Assembly: GCA_964016885.1 (NCBI GenBank)
Contig: OZ024743.1
Location: 293,694,001 to 293,758,000 of the forward strand
Origin: Eledone cirrhosa
Lineage: Eukaryota
Direction: 5' to 3'
DNA length: 64,000 bases
Below are positions 1-12,400 of the stretch, piece by piece. How positions within the stretch are numbered: position 1 is the first letter of the stretch; every line of letters begins with the position of its first letter. Made by a program: the position numbers and the translations under genes. The notes below the pieces were generated by a model. The model made no database searches. It was not told the origin of the DNA and worked only from the letters and a program-made list of their open reading frames with translations.

Positions 1-3000
1 AGATCTTTGCATCTGTTAGTCGGCCGGGAATGGGAGGTGGAGTGGCTGTGCTGTTTAGGAAATGTCTGGATCTCGAGGTAAGGTCAATCTTCCGGGATCC
101 TGACGGAAAGTTGGTGGTCCTGGACGTGAGCAATAGCGAAGGTGGTGCCTTTAGACTGGTGGCCGTCTACGCCCCTACTGGGGCCGGTCGGCCGGACTTC
201 TTTAGGCGCCTGGAAAACTTTCTGCTTACGTCTCGCCCTTTACTGTTAATAGGGGATTGGAATGGCATCTTAGAAGCACGCTGGGATTGTGTGGGAGTAT
301 CTGATAGGAGCGGGGGGTGCAAAAGCCTCAAGTACCTGATCAGCCAGTTTCAACTGTCTGACAGGTACCGACTAGATTTCCCTAATGCGCCAGTATGGAC
401 CTGGACCAATCGCATAGGGTCATCTAGATCGTACATAGATAGGATTTTCATTAGGAAAAGAGATAGAAATAGTGTAGGATGTCCACATTTTAAAACGGTT
501 GCCTATTCAGATCACAAGCTTGTGATCTGTATGGTCGACCTAGATAAGACACGTAGGTTAGGACCTAGCTACTGGAAGCTAAACATGTCGTTTCCGGCAC
601 GTAAAGCTTACAGGGACCGGGTCAACAACTTAGTTAAGCAAAAGTTGACAGGGGGGGTTGTCAACAACAGGTGGTGGGGGGCACTCAAAAGAGAGATTAG
701 AGCAACCTCGATAGGATTTAGCAAAGAAGTAGCAATAGAGAAAAATAGAAAGGAGGAGGGGCTGATAGCTAAGTTAGACGAGGCTATTTGTAGTGGCATT
801 GCAACAGACGTGCTAGCGGCGAGAATGGCACTAGACCATTTCTTCAATGCGAAACACGAAGGTTGCATTGTCAGAGCTAAGGCGCGTGCTCTGAGGAACG
901 AGGGAACCAAAGCTGCCCGATGGGCTCGCTTTGCAGAGACGCAGCGTGGAAATAAAACCACAATTCGGTCTTTGACGGATCGAGATGGACACGAACTGAG
1001 CGATTCCAAGCGGATGTGTGAGGCCTTTCGCCAGCACTTTGCTCGATTGTTCGGGAGGATGGGTGAGTCGGAGACGGCGGCGGACTTCAGTCCCTACCTC
1101 GACGGCTTGCCACGCCTCTCGACGGCCGACGCTGAGCGCTGCGAAGAGCCGATAACATCAGCCGAAATTCAGGACGCCCTTGTCGGCTGCTCGAGTCGCA
1201 AGTCACCCGGTTTGGATGGTCTGCCCTACGAGCTTTACGTAAATATGCCAGACTTGTTCTCCGATCTCCTCGAAGCGCTCTACTGCAACTGGCAGCAGAA
1301 CGGGAGCATTCCCAGTTCTGTGAGCCGTGGCGTAGTGACGCTGATAAGGAAAGACGAGAACAAGAGGGACACACTAGATAATTTCAGGCCCATAACCCTG
1401 CTCAACACAGAGTTTAAGATTTTGGCCAAGGTGTTAGCGAAAAGGTTGGCGCTTGTCGTCAAAGATTTGGTTGGGGAGGCGCAAACTTGCGCAATCCCGA
1501 CCAGGTCCATACACGACAACCTCCACCTCATGCGATACATCATAGAGAGGGTTGGGTGCAAACCTGGCTTCGGTGGGGCTCTGATCAATTTAGATCAATC
1601 GAAAGCATTCGATAGGGTCGACCATCGGTACTTGGAGGCTGTCCTCGAGGCGGCTGGCTTCGGCCCCGTCTTCAGAAGCTGGATCGCTGCAATGTACAGC
1701 GGCATCCGCTCGGTGGTCAAAGTTAATGGCCACCTCTCGGAACCGTTTCAGATCTCTCGATCGGTCCGTCAAGGGTGCCCTCTCTCCTCACTTCTGTACG
1801 TATTGACTCTTGAGCCTCTACTGCGGAAGCTGGAGTTGTTGCAGGGCATCCCGCTCGAACCGGGACGTAGAAAGGCTGCGTCCGCTTATGCGGACGACAT
1901 CACCGTGATGGTGTCGGACACCTCGGAAATCGAGGTGATCCGCACCCATTTGGAGGAATATGAAAGGTTGACGGGAGCAAAACTTAACCCGGAAAAGTCG
2001 GTGGGCTTGCAGCTCGGCACCTGGAGAGGCAAGTCCATGCCGTCCAACAGCGTCGTTGGGCGCTGGACAGACGGACCGGTAAAGTTGCTCGGGGTTTGGT
2101 TCGGACCAGACCTCCAGGTGGATAAGAATTGGGACGAGGTGACGAGCAGGATAGCCAACCTCACCCAGAAATGGGCTGAGAGAAAGCTATCACTGAAAGG
2201 GCGGGCGGAGGTGGCGAACGCGTACATCGCGTCCGTCATCTACTACCGCCTGACCGTCGTGCCTTGCCCCCGTCCACGCCTCGCCAATTTGGAACGGCTC
2301 CTTTTCAAATTTTTGTGGAGGGGACGGGTCCCGTTGGTGAGGCGGTCCATCTGCTGCCAGCACCCTCTTCGTGGAGGGCTGGGCATGCCGTGGCTAATGA
2401 TGCGCAGACATGCGCTGAGGCTGCGACATCTCCAGATATTTTGCCTAAACGGTGAACAGGTGTGGTCGCCGTTTGTTAGACGGGCCTTTCCGCAGCTCAT
2501 CTCTTTGACTGAGCTGCAGTCCTGGGTCAAGAAGAGACCGAGACTGGGCGACTGGCATCTGGAATGTTGCCAGGCGCTCACTGCACTCTGCAAGGTGGGC
2601 AATGCGGTCAGTGGAACTTCCACTCAAGATTTCTATAGAGGATTAGTGGAGGGCAAGTGCGATGACGTACTAGGAGAGGCTCTGGGCGTCAACGAAGTAG
2701 AACTGACCAGTATGTTCCGGAGGACTTTCGAGCCGGGGACGATGGATAACTTCCAGAAATCCCTCGCTTGGCAGTGCTACCGGGGGGCGCTGCCGGTTCG
2801 GGATAAACTCTACAGGCACGGAAGTGCTGTCAGACGAACCTGCCCGAGATGCGCGCAGAGCGACGAAACCGTTCTGCACGCACTCGTCCAGTGTCCGTGC
2901 ATTGCTGACTTGTGGGGTTATGTCGAACAGCTATTGTCGCGTGTAGAACGGATCCGGCTATCGTCCGAGTCCATAGTGAAGATTGACCCGCCGCCTTCTT

Positions 3001-3508
3001 TTGGTCAGGAAGGGCAGGCAATTTTCCTCTGCCTGGTGGCAGTAGCGAAAGAGGTTGCATGGTGGACCAGGTTGAAAGGACTGAAGACAGACACTTTTCT
3101 CTTCGGCCAATCCCTCATCAACTTCTTCAAGTTTCACTTGGAAAGGAAGGTGAGGGTGGAGAGAGAAGTGCTGCCCCCCAGTACATTTACTGAAAGGTGG
3201 GTGAATGTGGCGAGAATGGCCCGCGTGAGTGGGCCTACTCTGATCATGCGCCTGTAGGCTGGTGAATTCGAGAAGGAGAGGGGTGCCCTTCCCGGGTGCC
3301 CTAGGAGCGTCGGGTGGCTCAGGACTGGTGGGGTGCTTGAGTCAACCCTGGGTGGTGATCCCTCTTATTGGGGAACTTTCATTGTTGCATTTTTATTGTT
3401 ATTTTGTCTTTTTGTTATTTATACTTACTCGATCTCTATGTAAACCCCCACTGTCCCTGTCTATTGTGTTGTCCCCTATATGTCGGCCCTTGTGGCCAAT
3501 AAATGAAA

Positions 3509-3555
<47 letters not shown>
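1..3555 (+). mobile_element. Tx1/L1-clade non-LTR retrotransposon copy 1 (5' part lies upstream of the window), with 3' UTR and (ATT)n tail
   Basis: Long APE-RT-Zn finger ORF, followed by a GC-rich then pyrimidine-rich 3' UTR, AATAAA at ~3498 and (ATT)15 at 3511-3555. Confidence 0.92.
3..3257 (+). CDS. Tx1-type ORF2: APE endonuclease (VAVYAP, GDWN, SYIDR, SDH), reverse transcriptase (RPITLLN, LDQSKAFDRV, VRQGCPLS, YADD), C-terminal CPRC..H..C finger; open from the window edge
   Basis: 1075-aa ORF (30-3257) without stops; the frame continues upstream to base 3 (IFASVSRPG), matching copy 2 (VYASPSRPG). Confidence 0.93.
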   Translation: MFASVSRPGMGGGVAVLFRKCLDLEVRSIFRDPDGKLVVLDVSNSEGGAFRLVAVYAPTGAGRPDFFRRLENFLLTSRPLLLIGDWNGILEARWDCVGVSDRSGGCKSLKYLISQFQLSDRYRLDFPNAPVWTWTNRIGSSRSYIDRIFIRKRDRNSVGCPHFKTVAYSDHKLVICMVDLDKTRRLGPSYWKLNMSFPARKAYRDRVNNLVKQKLTGGVVNNRWWGALKREIRATSIGFSKEVAIEKNRKEEGLIAKLDEAICSGIATDVLAARMALDHFFNAKHEGCIVRAKARALRNEGTKAARWARFAETQRGNKTTIRSLTDRDGHELSDSKRMCEAFRQHFARLFGRMGESETAADFSPYLDGLPRLSTADAERCEEPITSAEIQDALVGCSSRKSPGLDGLPYELYVNMPDLFSDLLEALYCNWQQNGSIPSSVSRGVVTLIRKDENKRDTLDNFRPITLLNTEFKILAKVLAKRLALVVKDLVGEAQTCAIPTRSIHDNLHLMRYIIERVGCKPGFGGALINLDQSKAFDRVDHRYLEAVLEAAGFGPVFRSWIAAMYSGIRSVVKVNGHLSEPFQISRSVRQGCPLSSLLYVLTLEPLLRKLELLQGIPLEPGRRKAASAYADDITVMVSDTSEIEVIRTHLEEYERLTGAKLNPEKSVGLQLGTWRGKSMPSNSVVGRWTDGPVKLLGVWFGPDLQVDKNWDEVTSRIANLTQKWAERKLSLKGRAEVANAYIASVIYYRLTVVPCPRPRLANLERLLFKFLWRGRVPLVRRSICCQHPLRGGLGMPWLMMRRHALRLRHLQIFCLNGEQVWSPFVRRAFPQLISLTELQSWVKKRPRLGDWHLECCQALTALCKVGNAVSGTSTQDFYRGLVEGKCDDVLGEALGVNEVELTSMFRRTFEPGTMDNFQKSLAWQCYRGALPVRDKLYRHGSAVRRTCPRCAQSDETVLHALVQCPCIADLWGYVEQLLSRVERIRLSSESIVKIDPPPSFGQEGQAIFLCLVAVAKEVAWWTRLKGLKTDTFLFGQSLINFFKFHLERKVRVEREVLPPSTFTERWVNVARMARVSGPTLIMRL

Positions 3556-3761
3556 GGCGACCTACGTAGTAAATCGTATCGTGAGCTCCGCAAAGGTTTG
3601 TTATTTCCGTTTGTTAAAAATTGTCATTTATCGAAAATGTTATTGTTAACTGTTTATAAGTGCACATACATTGTTTTCCGAAAAGGACACCCAAAAAGAT
3701 TGGGGCCCTGTGCCCAAAATTTTAACTTTTATTATTATCAAAAAATTTCTTTGAAAAAAAA

Positions 3762-5753
3762 ATGGCTAATTCACCTCTGCACGAAGCAGCTGAAAGCCTT
3801 CCTCACAAAATAACACCTCACACCGACACCACCATTGTAAATGTTACTACGTTTGCCAACACAAAAAAAAATATAAGCAGTAGCAATATTTTAAATTTGT
3901 CTCAGGCAGACATTCATTTCCCGCCATTACCAATGACTGCAGGTGTTAAAGGCTCCACCACCACCACCACCGCGACAACCACCACCCCCACCACCACCGC
4001 GACAACAGAAACAAAAGAAGAAAAAAATAAATTAACTCGTGATGTCGAAATGAAATCAAGCAAAATGGACTCTTCCGCACCAAAGACGACTGACGTCACC
4101 ACCACCACAACTGAAACTAGAATTAATATTAACACAAATAGCGATAGCAACAACAACAACAATGACATTATAAAATCGACCCTCAGTTTCGCCATAGTAG
4201 CAAAACAGTTCGAAGCATTCACGGTAACTCAGGAGGATTTAGAAAATGCCAAACAAATGGTAAAGAAAGATGGGTACAGGGTCAGCCTCACACCCCACCT
4301 AATAAAATGGAACATCGGCGCCTATGCACCGTGTCGTATAGAACAATAAATGTAAAATCGCGCCGAGTGGAACGGGCATCCGAGTCCCAAATCCAAAAAG
4401 CTTTGGGACATGTGTGGGCAAGAAAAACCCACATCAGACGTGGGCAAAAGTATGGAACCGTGGACGTGTTCTTTGAAACACCAGAGGAGGCTAGAGAACA
4501 CTCCATGGCCCCATTAAAAAGTGACGACTTCACACTCGTCCCAAGCTATTGTGGCCAGAGACTCGTAAAGATCAGGGTGACCCACGTTCCACCGGCCATC
4601 GAAATTCCCTGGCTAATAGCGGCTGTCCTCGCCGGCATCGAAGCCAACACGAAAATAATAGCAATAGCAAAAAAAAAGCAGTAAAACTGGTCCGGATCTG
4701 GGATGGAGCTCCTGATCCAAGCGGACCAAAAAAGCATTGAGGAGATCCCAGAGGTAATAGACCTCACTGACGGCAGCCACCTCACGGTAATTGTCGAGGA
4801 CAGAAGACCTAGGTGTGTCGTTTGTGGTGAAGGAACCCACCTAAGGGCTTTCTGCCCTCAGGCTAAAATGTTGAGGCCACCTCTCCTACCCACCCCAGTG
4901 ACAAAACCATCAACACCACCAGTAGCAGAGATGGCAGCAACAACTGTAGCAGCAACAACAGAAGCAACTATAACAGCAACAACCCCAGCAACAGTAGCAA
5001 AACCACCACCACTACCACCACCAACAAAACCAACACCACCACCACCCAACGCTTCAGAACTAGCACCAGCGCCTACACCATCCACCACACCACAACCAAA
5101 ACTAACGGCTGTGGAGGATTTTCCACTCCCCGGCCTATCACAACTGGAGACAGATTGTGACGACAAGGAGTGGGAAACGATATCCGGAAAAAAAAAGAAA
5201 CCAAAAAAGAAAAAATTCTCTTCCTTCCCCCTCCAAAAACAAAATACAGAGGGAAACAAATAAACTAAGAAACAAAAAAGTTAGGACAGATATGCCACCA
5301 TCCACACCAGCATCACCAACCCCATCAACCCAAACACCAACACCATCACCATCATTATCCCCAGCACCACCATCACCTACACCACAAAAGTCACCAAAAT
5401 GCGAAACAGAAACAAACCCACAACAAACGCAAACAAAACAAAACAACCAAAACGATACACACTACACAGCATTAAATTTGAACAACAAGCAATTATTACA
5501 CTACATCCAACACAACACCAGCATCACAGAAAAAGACTACACAACAACCCCAAAATTCACACCACCTCCACACATACAAATCACTCGCATCACACAGAAA
5601 ACGTACATGACACTAAAACAAAAATTCCCCAAAGACATCGGAGACTTCCGACAAGCACTCTCCAGGAGGATTTATAAGGACATCCTTCCTGAGGAGGCCA
5701 CAAGCAGTGAAAAGGATGGAAAAGCCGTCCTTCCCCTACGAGAAGTAAGGTAA
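3762..5753 (+). pseudogene. Frameshifted ORF1 (gag-like) of Tx1 copy 2: Thr-rich N-terminus, RRM-like segment (KYGTVDVFFETPEEA), CCHC knuckle CVVCGEGTHLRAFC, Pro/Lys-rich tail
   Basis: Consecutive ORF pieces 3762-4349, 4307-4684, 4703-5263 and 5157-5753 in changing frames, directly upstream of ORF2. Confidence 0.75.
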
Positions 5754-5787
5754 GTGGTCTTTCCCATCTTTTCCACTCCTTTTCAAC

Positions 5788-8700
5788 ATGACCTCACTCA
5801 GAATAGGCAGCATAAATGCACGTGGCTTGGGGTCGTCATGGAAGCAGGGCCAACTGCTCAACGACCTCAGGTCACTAAACATAGATGTAGTGGCCATCAG
5901 CGAGACCAGAATCTCCGAAGCACAGGCTTTCGCACCGATCTTCGGCGGCTACGATGTGTACGCATCTCCCAGCCGTCCGGGATCGTGGGGAGGAGTTGCT
6001 GTGCTTTTTCGGAGAGGTTTGGATCTTGCCATACGGGCCATCTTCCTGGACCCAGAAGGTAAGTTGGTGGTGCTGGACGTGACCAGCGGAGACGGGCAAG
6101 CTTTCAGGTTAGTGGCCGTCTATGCCCCGACAGGAGCAGGGCGGCCTGATTTCTTCCGGCGTCTGGAGACCTTTCTTGGAACGTCCCGCTCTTTAGTGTT
6201 AGTGGGCGACTGGAACGGGATCTTAGATGCACGCTGGGATTGTGTGGGATTAGTGGATAGGGAAGGAGGGTGCAAGAGTCTCACCAACCTGCTCAGACGT
6301 TTTGAACTGTCTGACAGGTACCGAATGGATTTCCCGAATGTACCAATGTGGACTTGGACAAATCGCATAGGGTCATCCAGATCATATCTAGATAGAGTAT
6401 TTTGTAGGGAAATAGATAGGTCTAGCATAGGCTGTCCACAATTCAAGATAGTCAGCTACACGGACCACAAATTCGTGATCTGTGTGCTTGACTTAGATAG
6501 GCTTCATAGACGAGGACCCGGCTACTGGAAGCTAAACGCGTCCTTACCAGCGCGCAAGGCCTACAGAGACCGGATTAGCGAACTAGTTAAGCGGGCGTTG
6601 ACGGGGGCCATCGTCAACAACAAGTGGTGGTTTGCTCTGAAAAGAGCAATTAGAATAGAGTCCATTAGGTTTAGTAAGACTTTAGCAATAGAGAAAAATA
6701 GAGCAGAGGGAGAATTAGTTAGAAAATTAGATGAGGCGCTTAGAAAAGGCATCGCGACCGACGTACTTGCGGCGAAATTGGCCCTTGACCAATTCTTCAA
6801 TGCAAAGCACGAAGGCTGCGTTGTCAGAGCTAGGGTGCGTGCTCTCAGACACGAGGGGACGAAAGCCGTTCAATGGGCCCGAGTGGCGGAGGCGCGTCGT
6901 GGCAACAAAGCCACGATCCGGTCTTTGGTGGACCACGACGGGCGCATGCTACTCGATCCCGGGCAAATGTGTGAAGCTTTTCAGCGACACTTCGCTCAAC
7001 TGTTCGGGGGCAGTGGCGGGCCGGATCGAGGGATGGAATTTAGTGTCTACCTCGACGGACTGCCGCGGCTTTCGGCCACTGAGGCGGAGTGTTGCGAAAA
7101 GCCGATAACAACCGCTGAAGTACGGGATGCAATGACTAGTTGCACAAGGGGTAAATCGCCTGGTTTGGATGGTCTGCCCTATGAACTTTACGTACAAATG
7201 CCAAACTTGTTCGGAGGCCTCTTGGCGGACGTCTACTGCAACTGGCAACAGAACGGGAGAATTCCCAGTTCTGTGAGCCGAGGAGCGGTGGCACTGCTGA
7301 GAAAGGATCCGAACAAGGGGGATAACATAGAAAATTTCCGGCCCATAACTCTGCTAAACACAGAGTTTAAGATTTTGGCCAAGGTGCTAGCAAAGAGGTT
7401 GGCGCTTGTCGTTGGTGGTCTGGTGGGAGAGGCGCAGACATGCGCCATTCCCGACAGATCCATCCACGACAACCTCCACCTCATGCGATACATCGTAGAG
7501 AGGGTAGCTAGGGAACCTGGCACGGGTGGGTCCTTGATCAATTTAGATCAGTCGAAAGCTTTCGATAGGGTCGACCATCGTTACCTAGCGGCAGACCTGA
7601 GGGCGGCTGGCTTTGGGCCCGTCTTCAGAGGCTGGATCGCTGCCATGCACAGCGACATCTGCTCTGTGGTGAGAGTGAACGGTCACCTGTCGGAACCGTT
7701 CAACATCATGCGCTCGGTCCGCCAAGGATGTCCCCTCTCGTCCCTATTGTACGTATTGACTCTCGAGCCATTACTGCACAAACTGGAGACGTTGAGGGGG
7801 TCCCGCGCGAACTAGGATGCGGAAGATCCGTATCAGCATATGCGGACGATGTCACCGTAGTGGTGTCGAACGCCAAACACATCGAGGCGATCGGCACTAC
7901 ACTAAGAGAATACGAAGCGGTGACAGGAGCAATGATCAACCAGGAAAAGTCAGTGGGCCTGCAGCTCGGCACCTGGAGAGGCAGGTCCATGCCGTCCAAC
8001 AGCGTCGTCGGACGCTGGACGGACGGACCGGTTAAATTGCTAGGGGTCTGGTTCGGTCCGGACCTCCAGACGGACAAAAACTGGGACGAGGTGACGAGCA
8101 GGGTGGCTTCTCTCACCCAGAAATGGGCCGAGAGGAAGCTATCCCTGAAAGGTCGAGCGGAGGTGGCTAACGCGTACATCGCGTCCGTCATCTGCTACCG
8201 CCTGACCGTCGTACCTTGTCCTAAGCCTCGCCTGACTGCGCTGGAGCGTTTGCTCTTTCGCTTTTTGTGGAAGGGACGCGCTCCGATGGTCAGGCGGTCC
8301 ATCTGTTGTCAACACCCGCTACGTGGAGGGCTGGGCATGCCGTGGCTGATGATGCGCAGGCACGCGCTCAGGCTACGACATCTCCACCTCTTCCTCGACG
8401 GTGATCAGGTGTGGTCGCCGTTTGCTAGACGCGTGTCCTGGGTCAAGCGAAGACCTAGAGGGAGCGCCTGGAGACTGGAATGTCTTCAGGCGCTCACAGC
8501 CCTCGACCAATCGGGCAATGTGATCGGTGGAAACTCCACCTCGGCGTTCTATAGAGGATTAGTGGAGGGGAAGAGCGACGACGCACTTGGGGAAACTCTA
8601 GGCGTCGACGAAAATCAACTAGCCAATCTCTTCGGAAGAACTTTCGGGCCAGGGCCTATGGACAACTTCCAGAAATCTCTGGCCTGGCAGTGCTACCGAG

Positions 8701-9173
8701 GAGCCTTGCCAGTTCGGGATAAACTCTACAGGCATGGAGGTGCCGTCAGCCGGGCATGTCCGAGATGCGCGCAGGGCGACGAAACCGTCCTGCACGCACT
8801 CGTCCAGTGTCCGAAAATTGCTGACTTGTGGGTTTATGTCGAACACCTGCTGTCGCGTTTAGGACGGATCCGGCTATCATCTGAGTCCATCGTGAGGATT
8901 GCCCGGCCCTCCTCCTTTAGCCGGGAAGGGCAGGCAGTTTTTATCTGCCTGGTGGCCATGGCGAAAGAGATAGTATGGTGGACACGTTTGAAAGGGCTGA
9001 AGACGAGAACTTACCTCTTCGGTGATGCTCTGATTGACTTTTTCAAATTTCATTTGAAAAGGAAAATCAGAGTAGAGAGGGAAGTGCTCTCTTCCCAGCA
9101 TTTTGTTAAAAGATGGGTGAGAGAAGCAAGAATGGCCCGAGTGAATGGACCTACTCTGAGCATATATCTGTAA
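5788..9173 (+). pseudogene. ORF2 of Tx1 copy 2 (APE-RT-Zn finger); one frameshift near 7795 and an in-frame ~11-aa deletion near 8433
   Basis: ORFs 5788-7815 (starts MTSLRIGSINARG) and 7728-9173 (YADD) are colinear with copy 1 ORF2. Confidence 0.92.
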
Positions 9174-9434
9174 ATTAAAGGTGGAAAACTGGGAGAGGGC
9201 ACTTGCCTTGGTGGTCAGGGTCATTGTGGCTTTTTACTGGGCTTTCTCCACAAATGTCCCTCCGAAGTCTCCCCCCTATTGGGGAATTTTTCATTGTTAT
9301 TTTCATTGTTATTTTTGTTACATCCTCTGTTTTTGTTTTTTTTACACGCAGAAATGCCCATTTGTACCGTCCTGCATTGTCCTGCACTGTCCTTAATGTC
9401 TACTTTATGTAAACCCTTGTGGTTAATAAAGAAA

Positions 9435-9496
<62 letters not shown>

Positions 9497-9497
<1 letters not shown>

Positions 9498-12400
9498 TTT
9501 GATTCTCAGTCATTGATGTTAGTTAACTGGGAAGTTTGTTGAAATGAATATCAACCCACTACCTGCAGCCTCAGATCTTCAGGACGTATCGGAAGGTTCT
9601 TGCTGGTCCCAGCAAGCATGCCTTTTGAAGCGTTCCAAAAAGCGTGAAAGTGCCAATTTTCTTTAACCATCCCTGGAAACTTTTTGAGATAGTCCCTAGT
9701 GCGTCTATGACAATCGGGATCACTTTGACTTCATGGCAGTTCCAACTCCTTTTTACCTCCCACTTTAAGTCCTGGTATCGGTTAATTTTCTCCCTCTCCT
9801 TCTCTTGCACTCTCGTGTCGAATGGGTAGGCCACATCCACAATCAGGCACGATCTTTTTTCTTTCTCCACAACCACCAGGTCAGGTCTATTGTGTTCCAG
9901 TTTCTTGTCCGTCTGTATCCTAAAATCCCACAGCACCTTCACCTGATCGTTTTCTATCACCGCCTCTGGCTTATGCTCATACCATTTCTCAGAATGTGGT
10001 AAATTGTTTACTTTGCATAGGTGCCAGTGGATCACCCTGCCCATCACATCATGTCTCCAGCCATTATAGTGAGTCTGGGCTTGGTTTTTACACTCGGATA
10101 CAATGTGAGCCACAGTCTCCTATCTCTCTCCACAGATCCTACACAGTGGGCTAGCCTCCTCCTTGTAAATGTGGTGTATCAACCACTTCGTTTTGAGGGC
10201 CTGCTCCTGCGCAGCCATTAACATTCCTTCTGTAGCCTTTTTAAGGTCTCCTCTTTTCAACCAGTTCCATGTCTGTGGTTCTCTAAATTCCGTTTTCTCA
10301 AAGAAGGTACTATGAAGGGATTTTTCCTGAAGGCTGCTCTTTCTCCTTGATGTTATTTCCTCCTTGGACATCCCCTGGCCTATTGTCCCCTCCTTCAGTA
10401 CAGTCCTGAGCATTGGCTCCTCACTATCAGTCACGTATTTGTGTAGGTTGTTTTTCTCCATCTGAACACAGTCCTCTATGCTGATAAGACCTCTTCCACC
10501 TTCAGATCTCCTTAAGTAGAGTCTATCGACATCACTCCTCTTGTGGAACATATTGTAGATAATCAATAGCTTCCTAGTCTTCCTATCCATTTCTTTTTGT
10601 TCAGCAATATTCCATCTCAGAATTCCCGCACTGTACCTAATAATAGACACAGCTCGGGAATTTACTGCACTTATGGCATTCCTACTGTTCAGATGTGACT
10701 TTAATACGTTCCTTACTCGCCGAAGATATTCAGTTCTTATCAATTCCTTCATTTTTTTGTTCTTGATGTCATCAGCCTCCAGAACGCCCAAATACTTGTA
10801 TCCTTCCCCAGAGTCAATTTCCTTTATCATCTCACCTGTTGGTATCTGGATTCCGTTACTTCTGCTCAACTTACCCCTCCTCATCACAATGACTCCACGC
10901 TTACTAATACCAAATTGCATACATATATCATTGCTGAAAATACGGACAGTGTCAACAAGCACATCCAACTCCTTCTCACTCTTCCTGAAGAGCTTAAGAT
11001 CGTCCATGAAGAGGAGGTGATTGTTGGTAAGCCCTCCCTTTCCCAACCTGGATCCTGCTCTCACTTTTCGCAGTACACTGTTCAGGGGCATCAGGGCAAG
11101 GACAAATAACAGAGGGGACAGACTATCTCCCTGGAAGATACCTCTCTTGATCTTCACGCTTCCCAAGTATTCTCCAGTTGATGCTAACTCTGTTTCCCAG
11201 GACTTCATACATTTGCCCAACAACTGTCTGATGTTATCTGCCACCTTGAAGATCTCCAGGCTTTTGGTGATCCAAGAATGAGGCACCATGTCAAATGCCT
11301 TTTTGTAGTCTATCCATCCCATGGCAAGACCAGTGTGTCTCCTCTTGCAATTCCTCATTACCATCTTATCAATAAGTAACTGGTCCTTTGTACCACGTGA
11401 CTTCTTTCGGCATCCTTTCTGTTCGTCCGGTAACAAGTTGTTTGTGTGGAGGTGATGGTAGATTTCCTCAGACATAATGCTTGTCAACAGTTTCCACATT
11501 ACGGACAGACATGTGATAGGTCTATAGTCGGTAACATCATTACCCTTGATTCGGTCTTTCATTATCAGAACTGTGGTATCTTTTGTCAACCACTCTGGTA
11601 CCTCACCTGACATCAAGCAGTCATTGAACATGGTTGTCAGTTTCGGGTGGAGGGATGTTATATTTTTAATCCAATACCCCTGCACATCATCTGGGCCTGG
11701 TGATTTCCAGTTGGTTAGCTTTTTGGCCTGCCCCTTAAGAGTTTCAACTGTGATACTCAAATCACTTTGTTGGTGTGTCTGTTCACTAATCTCCTTCTGT
11801 ACTGTCTCAATCCACACTGCCTGGTCATTATGTTTAACATCCTGCTCCAATATTCCTCTCCAGAATGTTTTAGTTTGTTCCGCCTCAGGGATCAAGTCGT
11901 TACCTCTTTCTTTCCCTTCAAGCTGTACAAACAGCATCTTCTGGTTGTTGTCGAACATGCTGTTCTGTCTATACTGACTGACCCTGTTCTCATATCGCCT
12001 GATTTTTGCACTCTTTGCTACAATGCGTTGCTTCAGTTCCTCTATGATAATATTTAGCTTTTTCCTCCTAGTTTTGTACTTTATTTCCAGTCTATTTTTA
12101 GTGTCTATGTTTTTTAGTGTCCCATTCAGTAGTGACTCAAGCTTTCCAATGTCATTTTTCATTTCCCTGATTTGACCACTCAGTCGTTTCTTCCACCAAG
12201 GCTCTGCTCTTTCTTGTCTGTTGTTTCCTCTCGCTTTTATACCAAGTAGTTTCCTCACCGTATTTGCTGTTGCTTTGATGATATTGTTGCACTGGTGAAG
12301 GCTCCTCGCCTCAAGGTATGGGATGACTTTGTTTACCTTAGCTGTTGTTTCTTTTAACTTTTTCTTGTCTACAAATCTTAGGTTCATAGGTCTCCCACTA

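Larger units (their letters stand above)
3556..9496 (+). mobile_element. Tx1/L1-clade LINE copy 2 (different subfamily), apparently full length but mutated; (ATT)n tail 9437-9496
   Basis: Begins immediately after the tail of copy 1; has ORF1 and ORF2 remnants and a 3' UTR with the same motifs as copy 1 (CCTATTGGGGA, TGTAAACCC, CCCTTGTGG..AATAAA). Confidence 0.9.

Noticed and set aside
608-3060. Antisense ORFs over LINE coding regions (also over the Dong and LTR elements)
   Set aside because: Shadow frames with no motifs; they recur only because the host elements are homologous
3262-3813. 183-aa hydrophobic ORF
   Set aside because: Spans a LINE 3' UTR, the (ATT)n tail and the next element's 5' UTR; accidental
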